Source of the DNA: Octopus sinensis
Lineage: Eukaryota
Assembly (NCBI RefSeq): GCF_006345805.1
Contig: NC_043012.1
Coordinates: forward strand, 10,850,001 to 10,914,000
Direction: 5' to 3'
Length of the DNA: 64,000 nucleotides
How positions within the stretch are numbered: the stretch's first letter is position 1; each line of letters opens with the position of its first letter. The position numbers and the translations under genes were made by a program. The notes beneath the pieces are model-generated. The model was not told the DNA's origin and did not search any database. It was given only the letters and a program-made list of their open reading frames with translations. This document shows positions 28,079 through 41,700 of the stretch, in pieces.

Positions 28079-29635
28079 CACACACACAAATATATATATC
28101 CACACACATACACAGATGCACAAATACAGGCATGGCTGTGTGGTTAAGCAGTTTTCTTCTCAACTTTGTGGTTTCAGGTTCAATCCCACAACACTGTGGC
28201 TAACTGTCTTTGACTACAGTCCTTGGCCAACCAAAATCTTGCGAGTGAAATTCATAGACAGAAACTAAAAGAAACTGAGTATATAAAAACATGTATAATG
28301 TATAAGCCAATATGGAACAGCACTAAGATCTAATGTTTTGTCTCAGAAAATTTCTCAACAAGATTTGTGCTAAAAATCAAAGGCTTTGCTCAGAAACCTG
28401 GTGGATCGCCAGACACAGTAGTTTTGACTTGATTTGGTCTTCTCAGGGATGAACACAGCAGATGTTCTGAGTCAAGCTGGAAATACATGTTCTCATATAG
28501 AAATCGGTAAACAAAACATTTTTCTGATTTGCATGAAAGCTAACCAAGCTAAAATTTATCAATCTATCTTGCATCACCGGTCTGGAACCCCTATTTTGCT
28601 CAGGATATTAATTGTCTGGAAACCGTTCAGCGACATGCAACCAAGAGAATACCCTCCATCAGGCATTTGCCATATTCTGAACGCCTTACTTCCCTGGGCA
28701 TGGATACATTGAAACTCCGACGTCTGGCAGCTGACTTGGCAGACACCCATAAAATTATCAACCATCTTGCTAACAATAACTCTGAGCACTTTTTCAAACT
28801 CCACCCGTCTAACACCTGTGGACATGTTTACAAAGTCAGAAAACAGCACAGCTCCCATGACTTTTGGAAACATTTTTTCACGCTAAGAGTTGCTGAAGCA
28901 TGGAACAAACTGCCGGCATCAGTTGTTAGTTGTCGGAGCACTGTATCCTTCAAAACTTCCATGCTTCCTGAGATTCGCCAACACTACACCTGATTTTCTC
29001 CCCTCCATACACATGCAAGCATGTATCTGACTCATACACTGTTCACTTCCCAGACATTTGTACATTACTGCATATGCTTTATACGCACTTTTGACAAGTT
29101 GTGGTGCACCTGAACACCCTATACAATGATTTCAATATCATTATTATATCATAATTTGCATTGAAGAACACCCAGTTTATCACATGTTGAATAGAAATGA
29201 CAATGATTTGAAGACCTTCTGACAGTACCATGCCCTTTAGCAGTGCCAAACAACTGTGATGCTGACAAAGTAATATTTCTTACCATTTGACACATAACCA
29301 AGTACACTTTGAGATTTATCAATCTAAGAACATCATGTAACTTCATCATTCTTATGCTTGTAGTTTCCATCCTGGTCTGAGTTGGATAAATCTGGAAGAA
29401 GCTGTATTCCACAGTGAGACGCCCTAACCCTGTCAACAAACCTTGTTTCCAAGTAAGGGACGTGTTTTTACAGCAGGCGTGGATTGTTTTACACTAAAAC
29501 CAGTAAGCAATGTTAACACACAAACAAGAAGCCAACGTAAGGTTTTTTCCCCCCTTTCTTTAGAAATGGTTACAACTAAAACATTAACTCAATCAACAAG
29601 CAAGAGCGGCAGTGGTGGTGATGGTAATAATAATA

Positions 29636-29671
<36 letters not shown>

Positions 29672-29751
29672 CAATAATAATAATAATGACATTAATTAGT
29701 AGCCATGGTGGTCTTTGTAGTAGCAACAACAATAAGGTGATGATAATAATA

Positions 29752-29799
<48 letters not shown>

Positions 29800-32700
29800 G
29801 TAATAATAATAATAATAGTATTGATACATTGTGACATAGTAACAGAAGGGTCAGTAATTTTTGAAACAGTAGTAATAGTAATGTTTGTGTACATGTATAC
29901 ATATATATGTATACACCCATACATATACACACATATATACATGCATCAATGCATACACAAGCACATACACACCCGTATATAAATACAGGTACTCGAACAC
30001 ATATATACACACATGCATATACTCACAAACCTATATATGCACACACACAGACTCACAGAGGCAAACATACATTCGTGCATGTTTTGTGCGAGTGATCCCC
30101 AGCCTCCCCAAAGCTGCAAGTTGGTGCACCTACTTGCATGTCCTGCAATCTGGCTTCAGACTCCTGGTGCTTCGAGAGAATGTCATGCCTCTTGTTTTGA
30201 GCCTCCAAAGAGTTGATAAAGGCAATTTCATTTGCCTGGAAAATATAAATCAACGAGCGTCGATTCATTCATTGTATCGGGTTTAGTTCGATATAAGTTT
30301 ACATAGAGAGAGATGGGGGACATACAGACAGACAGACAGACAGAGGAAGAGGGGGACGAAGATAAGAAGGTAGTGTAGAAAAAGATACCCGGGGAGAAGG
30401 AACCAATGAAGGAAGGTTTGTTGTAAAGTAGAGGAAAGAAAAAATTCCATGCGTTTGTGTATGAGAATATACATACATGTGTATATATATATACACACAT
30501 ATATACACAAAGACACAAATATTCATACACGTACTCACATAGAGAGATATATGTACATGTGCATAGAAACATACACATACAGACGAATAAGAAATATCAA
30601 TCACTTCACTTCATACCAAATTGATGAAGATGGGAGCGGGGTCAAAACCAAACCCTCAAGCAAGTCGCTTCACTTCCTTGACACAACCAAAACTTGTAAC
30701 TCCCCTAAAATCTCAAAAGGATTCAACCATAACAACAAAACAGACAAAAGAAGGAGACAGGAGACAGCCTACCACAACATGAGGAGGAGGTTACCCAGCC
30801 ACAAAATTTGGAAAGTTTATGTGCCTCTACAAGAATATCATCACTAAAAGAAAAGGGTGTTCCTGGTCTCTCATTTCTACCTCTTCTACAATACCCACAG
30901 GCTCACAGACATAGAGTCCTCTCCTTGTCTCTTCCACCTCTTCTACAATACCCACTAGATCACAGACAGTGTCCTCTCCTTGTCTCACTTATCCCTACTA
31001 CAACAGCCACTGTCTCAAAGACACACTGCACCTTCTCTCTCTCTCTCTTGTACTTTCAACTACAACAACCACTTGCACACAGACATTGTGTCCTCTCCCC
31101 ATGTCTTCTACCACTACTACAAAGTTCTCCATCCTTCTGAACAAGCTAAATGAATGCTATTTCCACCCTAACTATCTCTAGTAGAATTATTTCCATGTTG
31201 GTATACATAACAAACACATCTTTTTAGTTTTGTTTTGGCCTGTGGAAACTTATAACCGACTCGACACCCAGAAGGTGGAGAGGACCCCAAAAGAGAAAGA
31301 AAACACTTCTAACATTGGTACCAAAACAAACATACCTAAATTAATCACAACAGTTGCAAAACGATAAGGCATCTATTCTTCAGAACCACACCCATGAACC
31401 CCCAGTTTGGAAGGTACTGTGCACTTGAACCACCCAAGAAATACCAGATAAGAAAAAGAAATATGTTGATAATGATGATGATGATGGTGATATAAACCGG
31501 TGGTTCTTGAAGTGGGTGGTACTACCCCACTGCGAGCAGTGGAAAGATCCGGGTGTATGGGGGGGGGGCACTGAATGAAAGTGGGGGCAAAATGGGGTGG
31601 CCATAACAATGAAATAATGGGTTAGGTTAAGTTTTATTTGTGAAATACAGTTGTTAGGAATTTGCTGCAGAAAGTGGCCCATGTTCATGATGGTGAGTGG
31701 TGGTGGTGGGGTGGGTGGTGGTGGGGTGGGTGGTTGTGGGGTGGGTGGTGGTGATAGGAACGGGCCTTGTGTGCCACAAGGGCAGCAGGTCAAACAAGTT
31801 TGGGAACCACAAACTATAGCAAAGTCCTTCCCCCTTCTGCACTATTAACGATGGTAGGGAAGCACAAGAATTACATAGAGAATATAAAGTGAGACAGGAC
31901 TTCTGGGAATTAAAGACTTGGTTTGTTATGGTTAAAATAGTGGACTACAGACCACTAGATCATGAGTTCAAATCTTACTGATCTAGCCACATTAACTTTG
32001 CTGAGTCAAGTTGGCTGCTCCACAAGATGAAGGGCAGTGTGAGTCAATGAAATATGTTTTAATTATGCTATGTTATCCCTAATTGCAAAAGTGAAGCATA
32101 AACAATACCATCAATATCTGAGGGTCACAGCTGTAGACACAGCACCAGTACCAATGGATTATGTGAGTGCTTGACTGGATTTCTGTTCCTCCATCTACAA
32201 AGATACTGAAGACCCTCACTCCATAACCTTACAAACAGGTACCATGTGGAGGTGTAGATCACCTTTGTTGACAGTAGGATAGACACCCACTGTGTTAATG
32301 AGAGGAGCTTAGTGACGGCCTAGTGCTGAGTTCAAATCCTGAATCCACAGGCAAAAATTTACAACCACCGATTGATGTTCTATTCCAGGAGACAGATCTT
32401 CTAAAGTGTACTTGGCACTTTAAAAAGAACTGGGATAAGCACAAAGCACAGGATTATACCTACCAGTATGGCAGGGGAAAGGAAAAAAGGGCCAGTTAAA
32501 ACATATATAAATATACAGTAAAATGTAAGCAGTGTGTAGATAATTAGACACACGGAAAATAGGAATCAATGTAATTAACTCAAATATTTTAACATGAATT
32601 CGTTAGAGAAAATAGGGGTTAATGTAAATAAGCAACTATTTTAACAAGAATTCGTTAATATAAACCAGGAAGAAATATTTACAGAGAAAACAAAAATAAA

Positions 32701-35700
32701 ATCAAATAAGAAAATACAAAATAAAACTGGTAACTAAATAATAATTTCTTAGGTAAGCCAGGAATTTTTTTTATTGGGTGGTGGTGTTAGGGTGACCTCC
32801 CCAGTACTCATTTAGTAATTCTAATGTTACCCTCACCCACCAGACTGAGAGATTAAACTTGAAATTAATTTTAGTGAGATTTGAACTTAGAACAATAAAG
32901 AGATATAATTAAATAGCACAAGGCATTATGTCTGTTGCTCAACCAATTTTAATATCTACAAAACTTTAAAAGTATAGAATAGTTTCTCAGATTGGCGCCA
33001 ACCCACAGACAAATAGGAAGACGAAGGGAAGGGGGCATAATTAGCTGAATTGACCTCAGTATATTACTGGTACCTACTTTATTTCAGTATATTACTGGTA
33101 CCTACTTTATCATGGCCTAGTGGTTAGAGCAGTGGACTCGCAGTCGAGGGATCGCGGGTTCGAATCTCAGATCGGGTGATGTGTGTGTTTATGAGTGAAA
33201 CACCTAAGCTCCACGCAACTCCAGCAGATGGTATTGGTGAACTTTCACCACAACTTTCTCTCACTCTTTCCTCCTGCATCTAACAGTTCACCTGAGATGG
33301 ACCGACATCCTGTCCAGGTGGGGAACCTATACGCCAATGAAGCCGGGAAACTGGCCCTTATGAGCCAGGCATGGCTCGAGAAGGAACAAACTACATTACA
33401 TATAAAGTTTGTAACAAGGTGTTGATGGGGTTTGAACCCAGAACTTAAATAAATACTGTAAGGTATTTGGTCTGAAGCTCTAATGTTCCTGAAACTCTTG
33501 TAGGAACTAAACTCAGTAATTCTAATTGTTTCTGACATCGATACACAGCCATGCCATCTGGTGGAAAGAAGAAGACTGTATCAAGCCCACTATGTGACTG
33601 ATATGTACTCTGTCAACCCGATAAATAACTGACAAAGTCAACCCTACTGGAATTTTAACTAACAACCTTTAAAGGTGTGATAAAATACTGCAGAGCAGTT
33701 AGCCAGATGGTCAAATGATTTATCCATCCACTGACCACCAACACAGACACATGGACACTTATTTACAGAAGGGCATAGTTGGTTTAATTTAATCAGACCA
33801 GCAAGATCTGAATTCGGAATGTAAAGGACAATAAAATAATACTTGGTGTTGAACCTCTTCTCAATTCAGCTGTTCACTACCCTAATGATATTAACATCAA
33901 CGATAACTAAGAATAAAGAACAACAACAATAATAATAATAATGATAATAATAACTTAAATACAACTGACACTAACTGGAATCATGCATGCAGAGTGTAAA
34001 CCATACAGAAAGGATTAAAAGATAATAATGGTGTAGAACAGGTAAAAATCAAAGAATGGTTGGTTGAGAAGAAAATTTTAGAAAATGTACAAAACAGAAC
34101 CACGAGAGGAGAACAACAACACAAACAATAATAATAAGAATAATAAAGAAAGAAGATACAAATAAACAAAGAGAGGGGATATAAGTATATTATAAGTGTA
34201 TAACAAGTTAACAACTGGAGTATTACAGTAATAATTTGAACAAGTGGTGTTAGATATTTAATGCAAAGAAGGGTGAATAGAGAATGTGTATGAAGTTAAA
34301 AGTGGACTAGACACATTATTGGTAAAATGACTTATTTATACTGTTTGTGGTAAGTGCGGAAGATAGTCTGAGGAAAATGGAAAGTTATGGATATGATACT
34401 TTATTCTGAGACCAAATAACACCTGAGATAAAAATTCCACCATGGTTTGACTGAAGAACAGTTTGTGATCCAAACACCAACTTAGGAAGAAGAATTGCCA
34501 AGAAGGCTGAGGGTATCTTGGTATCACTTACCAAGTCCTTTGTGAGCCGCTCTCCCGCTATCTATCTGCAGCTTTATATAGCTATGGTGCAACCTCACCT
34601 GGGATTTGCATCACCGGTCTGGAAACCACTATATTAATCGTCTGGAAACCGTTCAGCATTATGCAACCAAGAGAATACCCTCCATCAGGCATCTGCCATA
34701 TTTCTGAACGCCTTACTTCCCTGGGCATGGATACACTGAAACTCCGACGTCTGGCAGCTGACTTGGCAGACACCCATAAAATTATCAACCATCTTACTAA
34801 CAATAACTCTGAGCACCTTTTCAAAGTCCACCTGTCTAACACTCGTGGACATGTTTACAAAGTCAGAAAACAGCACAGCTCCCATGACTTTTGGAAACAT
34901 TTTTTCATACTAAGATTTGCTGAAGTATGGAACAAACTGCTGGCATCAGTTGTTAGGGCACTGCATCCTTCAAAACTTCCATGCTTCCTGAGATTCGCCA
35001 ACACTACACCTGATTTTCTCCTCTCCATACACACGCAAGCATGTATCTGACTCATACACTGTTCACTTCCCAGACATTTGTACATTACTGCATATGCTTT
35101 ATACGCACTTTTGACAAGTTGTAGTGCACCTGAGCACTGTATACAATAACTTCATCATTATTATTGTTACAGAGTTTATGGAAGAAGCCAGCTATCACTT
35201 GGGAGCGAGTATAGCTTCAGAACATGGAGGCACATGGCCTAGTGGCTAGAACATCAGAATCACGGTCAAGGGATCGCAGGTTCAAATCTCAGATCAGGCG
35301 ATGTGTGTGTTTATGAGCAAAACAACTAAGCCCTATGTGGCTCTGGCAGAAGTTAATGGTGAACTTCTGCTGACTCTTTTGCCTCAACTTTCTCTCACTC
35401 TTTCCTCCTGCATCTAAGCAGCTCATCTGAGATGGCCCGACGTCCCATCCAGGTGGGGAACCTAAACACCAATGAAACGGGCCCTAATGAGCCAGGCATG
35501 GCTCATGAAGGAACAAACAAGACAACATAGCTTCAGAACAAGTACTATGCTTTCATTAATTACTTTAAGTGTCTCTGTAGTCTCGGGTAGACATCAACAA
35601 CCTCTCTCTTTCTATCAGTCCCCTTCACTCTTTCCCAAGCAGAACATTCAGGATGTGACAACTGGAGGGGGAGGGACCTGCACCAGCACTGCAATGGTGG

Positions 35701-38700
35701 TCCTCATTTACAGCTGAGTAGACTGATGTAGCAACATGAAATAAAGTGTCTTTGCTCAAGGACACAATGTTGTCTCCCCAGTACAGGAATTGAACCCATG
35801 GACCTTATGACTGTGAATCGAACACCCTTACCCCTAGACGACACATCTTCACAAAGAAGCAAAACAAAAAATTAAAGACAGATGTTACAATCACATTAAT
35901 TGGTTGTTGCTCTAGATTCTTTGCTATAATTTGGAAACTTAATTGAAACATATCCTGGTAACATTATGTGGCTGGGAAGGAGTTAAACAGGGATGACCAT
36001 GGTAAAATATTTTAATTTTCATTTTTCATAAAAAGTATTTCAAAAACACAAACAGCTTCACCTTCAAAAACACAGTGTTTCACTGGTACTTAATTTATTG
36101 ACCCCGAAAGGATGAAAGACAAAAGTCAATCTTGGCACAATTTGAACTCAGAACATATAGTCAGAAGAAATACCACTAAACATTTTCTTTGATGATCCAA
36201 CAATTCAACCAGCTCAGACTGCTAACTTAGACTTACAGCTAAAAATATTGGTATTGGAGTAGAATCAATATAACTGATCATCTCCACCCCACCCCAACAC
36301 CTGATAAGGATTAGTTTTTATTAAAAGGAACTCAGGCAAAGTGGCTGAGTTCCTTTCGAGCCTTGGGCCTCACAGAGGTGAGGTGGCTGAGTTCCTTTCA
36401 GGCATTGGGCCTCATGGAGGCAATGACCAAGACCTTTGGCAATATGCTGTGCTTGGGGAAAAGACCCATTAAGCTGAGCAAAATCGCAGTCATGGCAGAT
36501 ACCAGTGCCATGCAAATGGCACCTGTGCCAGTGGTATGTAAAAGCACCGATTACACTCTCGGAGTGGTTGGCATTAGGAAGGGCATCCAGCAGTAGAAAA
36601 TCATGCCAAATCAGACTGGAGCCTGGCACAGCCTTCCAACTTGCCAATCCAGTCAAACCGTCAAACTCATGCCAGCATGGACAACGGGCATTAAATGATG
36701 ATGAATCCTGAAGTATGAAAGTAAAAGTTGATCCCGGAAGAGTCTGAACTTAGAATGTGGAAGGATGAAAGAAAATGCTACAAGTCATCTTAGACAGGCT
36801 TTCTAGAAGATTCTGTAGATCCATGCACAGTGTTAAGGAGCAACAAACAATACTGATATTTTCCTTTGATCAGAGATTACCCAGGGACAGAATATGGAAA
36901 TGGAATTCATGCACGCATGTACACACACACACACACACACACAAAACAGTCTTGTCATTTTACCTTTGGTCAACATACCACAACAGCAACAACTGAAGCC
37001 ACATGTTAACAAGTAAATGAATTTTTTTCTTACAACATGGTTGTGTGTGTATCTTATAACTTTTACTTGTTTCAGTCATTGGGTGCGACCTTGCTGGGGC
37101 ACCATCTTGAAACAAATCGACTCCAGTATTCATTTTATTAAGCCTGGTACATAGTCTATCAATCTTCTTTTTGCCAAACTGCTAAGTTACAATGACATAT
37201 GCAAAATCAACCCCAGTTGTCAAGCAGTGGAGGGGGACAAACACACACAACAGGCTTCCTTTGGTTTTCGTCTACCAAATCCACTCACAAGGTTTTGGTC
37301 AGCCCAAAGCTATAGAAGAAGACACCTCCCCAAGATGGTATGCAGTGGAACTGAACTCGGAACTCTGAGTTTTGCTGCTTGTTTCTCCACACCATTATTA
37401 GCATCAATAGTTTCTTCCCCCTTAGGCATAAGTTCTCAAGTATCTGATGAGAAGAAGCCATAAATACATGACAGGAGGATGTCCTCTCATCTCTATAGCA
37501 ACCACTTGGCTTCTAACTAGAAGACAACAAGCAGATTTTCCAGGGATTCCTGAATAATTAAAGACTAAGCCCTTTGAGTACCTATTTCTTTACTACCCAC
37601 AAGGGGCTCAACACAGAGAGGACAAACAAGGACAGCCAAACGGATTAAGTCGATTATATCGACCCCAGTGCGTAACTGGTACTTAATTTATTGACCCCGA
37701 AAGGACGAAAGGCAAAGTCGACCTCAGCGGAATTTGAACTCAGAACGTAGCAGCAGACGAAATACCTATTTCTTTACTACACACAAGGGGATAAACACAG
37801 AGAGGATAAACAAGGACAGACAAATGGATTAAGTCGATTATGTTGACCCCAGTGTGTAACTGGTACTTAATTTATCAACCCTGAAAGGATGAAAGGCAAA
37901 GTCGACCTCGGCGTAATTTGAACTCAGAACGTAACGATAGATGAAATACGGCTACGCAATTCGCCCGGCGTGCTAATGATTCTGCCAGCTTGCCGCCTTT
38001 TGAGTACCATTCTATGGTGTATGTGTGTGTGTGTGTGTGTGTGATCTTAGATATGCAAGCATGAAAAAATGAATTTTAAACGCTGGTGATAAATCATCAT
38101 CATTGTTTAACGTCCGTTTTCCATGCTAGCAGGGTTGGAAGGTTTGACCGGGGTCTGGGAAGCCAGGAGGCTGCACCAGGCTCCAATCTGATTCTGGCTG
38201 AGTTTCTACAGATGGCTGACCTTCCTAACGCCAACCACTCCGTGATTTTTTGATGTTGATGTGCTTGACTCAATAGGTCTCAAGCACAGCAGGTCACCCT
38301 ACAATCCAAGGTATGAATACATTTATAAAAAAAGGGAATCAAAGATAGAAGCAGGCTTTTCCACACTGTCACACAATCTCAAAAGAACATAGTTAGGGAC
38401 CTTGGACAGAGAGAATACAGAGTGGCAACAGTAACATTTAAACTCTTGATTACGTGGTCTTGGTTAAGACTGACAAATGAATATCAAACATAAAAACCAT
38501 AGCAGATGGGAAGAACATCAATAAAAGATAGTAACTATGAAGAATTGTATTATCTCCTTCCTGGCATTTATGTCACCTCCTGCAGAAATTACAGTAAGTA
38601 AAAACTGAAGTGTGTAGAGTTACATCACTTCCTCCAGGGCCACAGATAATTCTAGCCTCGTGCTGAACAGATCTGCAGCCTCCAAGAGTTGCTGTTGTTT

Positions 38701-41700
38701 AGCTCTGAATCAATACTGACAGAGCAGACCTATGTTCAAAGATGTTGCAGTGATACCTATCCCATCTTGTTTTGTATTCAGATATTGTCTACCTAAGACT
38801 ACAATATTCAATATGTTCACTTTTTAAGACAACAGGGTATGGTCTAAAGAAGATTTAGCAGTTATTGTTCACAGTTTGAGTAAACAGACAAAGTTTGCCT
38901 TTTTTATACTTTCTGTATATTATTGAAAAAGTCCGTGCACAAATGTCACATTTATGAAGTATTGAGTCCTTGTCATCTGACACAGTAGCAGGATTTTCAT
39001 TGGTTAGTAATTTTATGGGTGATGTAAGAGCTTGCAATGGGGTGAAGAGTTAGATTCTAAATTTCATAACAATCAGCGGCAGAGTTGTCGGCCAAAGCTA
39101 AGTTTAAGTTACAAGGGGTTAAGTTAGATGATCCACTGTGGATTCTACTGAAGCAAATAGACGTTGCTTGCTATCATGTGGGAGATAAGCAGACTATTTT
39201 CAAGGGATTAAGATCAAATACAAAAGAATAATCATCATCATCATCCTCCAATCTGATTTAACATGGTTTCTATGGCTGGGTGCCCTTCCTAACACCAACT
39301 GCCCCAAGAGTGTAAATGGTTGCTTTTTTATGTGCCACCAGCACAGATGCGAGTCCTATGATACCAGCATTGGTGGTGACTATGGTTTCACTTAGCTTGA
39401 CAAATCTTCTCAAATGACAAATCATCAGGCGTAGGAGTGGCTGTGTGGTAAGTAGCTTGCTTACCAACCACGTGGTTCCGGGTTCAGTCCCACTGCATGA
39501 CACTTTGGGCAAGTGTCTTCTACTATAGCCTTGGGCCGACCAAAGCCTTGTGAGTGGATTTGGTAGACGGAAACTGAAAGAAGCCCATCGTATGTATATA
39601 TGTGTGTCTGTGTTTGTCTCCCCAACATCGCTTGACAACCAATACTGGTGTGTTTACGTCCCCGTCACTTAGCAGTTCGGCAAAAAAAAGACCGATAGAA
39701 TAAGTACTAGGCTTACAAAAAATAAGTCCTGGGGTCGATTTGCTCGACTAAAGGTGGTGCTCCAGCATGGTCACAGTCAAATGACTGAAACAAGAGTCAT
39801 TTACAAAAGCAGTTTTCCATTCAGTATGTAAGCATTATAATTCTATAGACAACTATATTTAATCATTAACACCATTCTATCAACAATGTCAAGATATGGG
39901 GATTTGCCCAGACAAAACATGGATAATTCTTTCCAGGTCTTTCTTGAACTGGAAGTTAGGAATTTCTTGGCTATGGAAATAGGAACAAAAGCTTTTCACC
40001 AGAAGCTTGTTAGAAAAGATGCAAAAGGAATAAATCTGATAAATTTGAATTCAGTTGATGAGGATATTCTCTGCATATTTATCACCTACAGAACTCTGCT
40101 GAGTGGTTGGTGTTAGGAAGGGCATCCAGCTGTAAAAATCCTGCCAAAACAGTCACAGAAGTCTGGTGCAGGCTTCGGCCTGGCAGGCTCTTATGGTACT
40201 ATCCCACACCTGCTAGCATGGAATACAGATATTAAATGATGATGGTGATGATGACGAAGATGAAACTAAGAGCCCTTTGTGTGCTGTGAAGAGGGGAAAA
40301 ACAAAGATTTCCAAAATATATCATTAAATAATGCAACAAACACTTCACCCAGAATTAACAAATAAGACAAACACAAAAAGTAAAAAAAAAAAACACACCA
40401 ACAAAAGAAAACCTAATTGTAATTATGTAACAAAGATTATTTAGAATAAACACTAATTAACATTTATAAAAAAAATATGTAAAACAGATTATACAGGATT
40501 ATTTCGATATTTGATATTCTATGTCTCAAATATAAACCACACAACAGCCAATACAAAAGACTTAACACAACAGCAGACATACAACTAACACAACACTTAT
40601 CTCTCAACAGCTCACCACCAGACAAAACAACCATCAATACAACACTATCACAAACATCACAACTAGTCAAATACAACAGGTAACAAAAACATCTATGTCA
40701 GCAGCAAATGTACCTGTTCATACAGAATAAGAATGAAACCGGAAGACCCAACCTTAGACGCACGCATGCACACACATTAAATGATAGATTAGGAATGATG
40801 TTGATGGAAGTGACAGAGGACAGTGGAATGGTAGAGGTGGTCAAGTGGTAGATTAAATGATTAAATACTCAGACACTATTTTGTCCATCTCCTAACATTC
40901 TGAGTTCAAACTGAACAGGAGTTCAACTCACTATTCTGATGGCTGTATAATAAACGACCAATCAGAAAATACAATCTCTTCAATTCTCTATACCAGTGAT
41001 TTTCAACCAGTTTTTGCTTATGGACCCTGTTGATTCCTATCTTACACAGGAAATGGGGACCCTCATAGTTATTCAATGTTTAAAAACTACTATATTTTTA
41101 TAATCAAATATTATTAGGAATTGTATAAAAAGTGGTTAATTTATTGCAGAAAAATTCTAACAAAATCTTATATGGACCTCCGAAGGTAACATGGACCCCA
41201 GTTGAGATCCACTACTTCGCACCTCTAAAACCTTTCACTGTGGCCTCATATGTGACGTCATAACCAAATAAAGAAATTATCCATCTCCAGCACATTTCAC
41301 TTAAAACATGGTTAAGGATTCACATCGAAGAGTAATTTTAAGATTTAGAACCAACGTACAGGTGTCATCTACTTAAAAAATGCCATCAGTTAGTAGGGTA
41401 TGAGACCGTGTTCTACAATCATTCCATCCAAATCAAAATCGATCAACATCAATGGAAACTGCAGCTGTGATACCAGTGCTGGTGGCACGTAAAAAGCACC
41501 ATCCGATCGTGGCTGTTTGCCAGCCTCGTCTGGCACTTGTGTCGGTGGCACGTAAAAAGCACCCACTACACTCATGGAGTGGTTGGCGTTAGGAAGGGCA
41601 TCCAGCCATCAAAACATTGCCAGATCAGACTGGGCCTGGTGCAGCCTTCTGGCTTCCCAGACCTCAGTTGAACTATCCAACCCATGCTAGCATGGAAAGC

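Noticed and set aside
30449-30847. 132-aa ORF with SLHFLDTT, resembling a Penelope RT motif
   Set aside because: The neighbouring motifs and spacing do not fit, and the N-terminal part is microsatellite
31690-31760. G-quadruplex-like (GGT/GGGT)n tract, with similar G-rich patches near 3890-3990 and 4540-4590
   Set aside because: Simple-repeat origin and on the non-transcript strand; no evidence of function
38855-39037. ORF containing [11 protein letters not shown], resembling the start of a C2H2 finger
   Set aside because: No His pair or linker follows and there is no clear exon structure; most likely chance or a tiny relic
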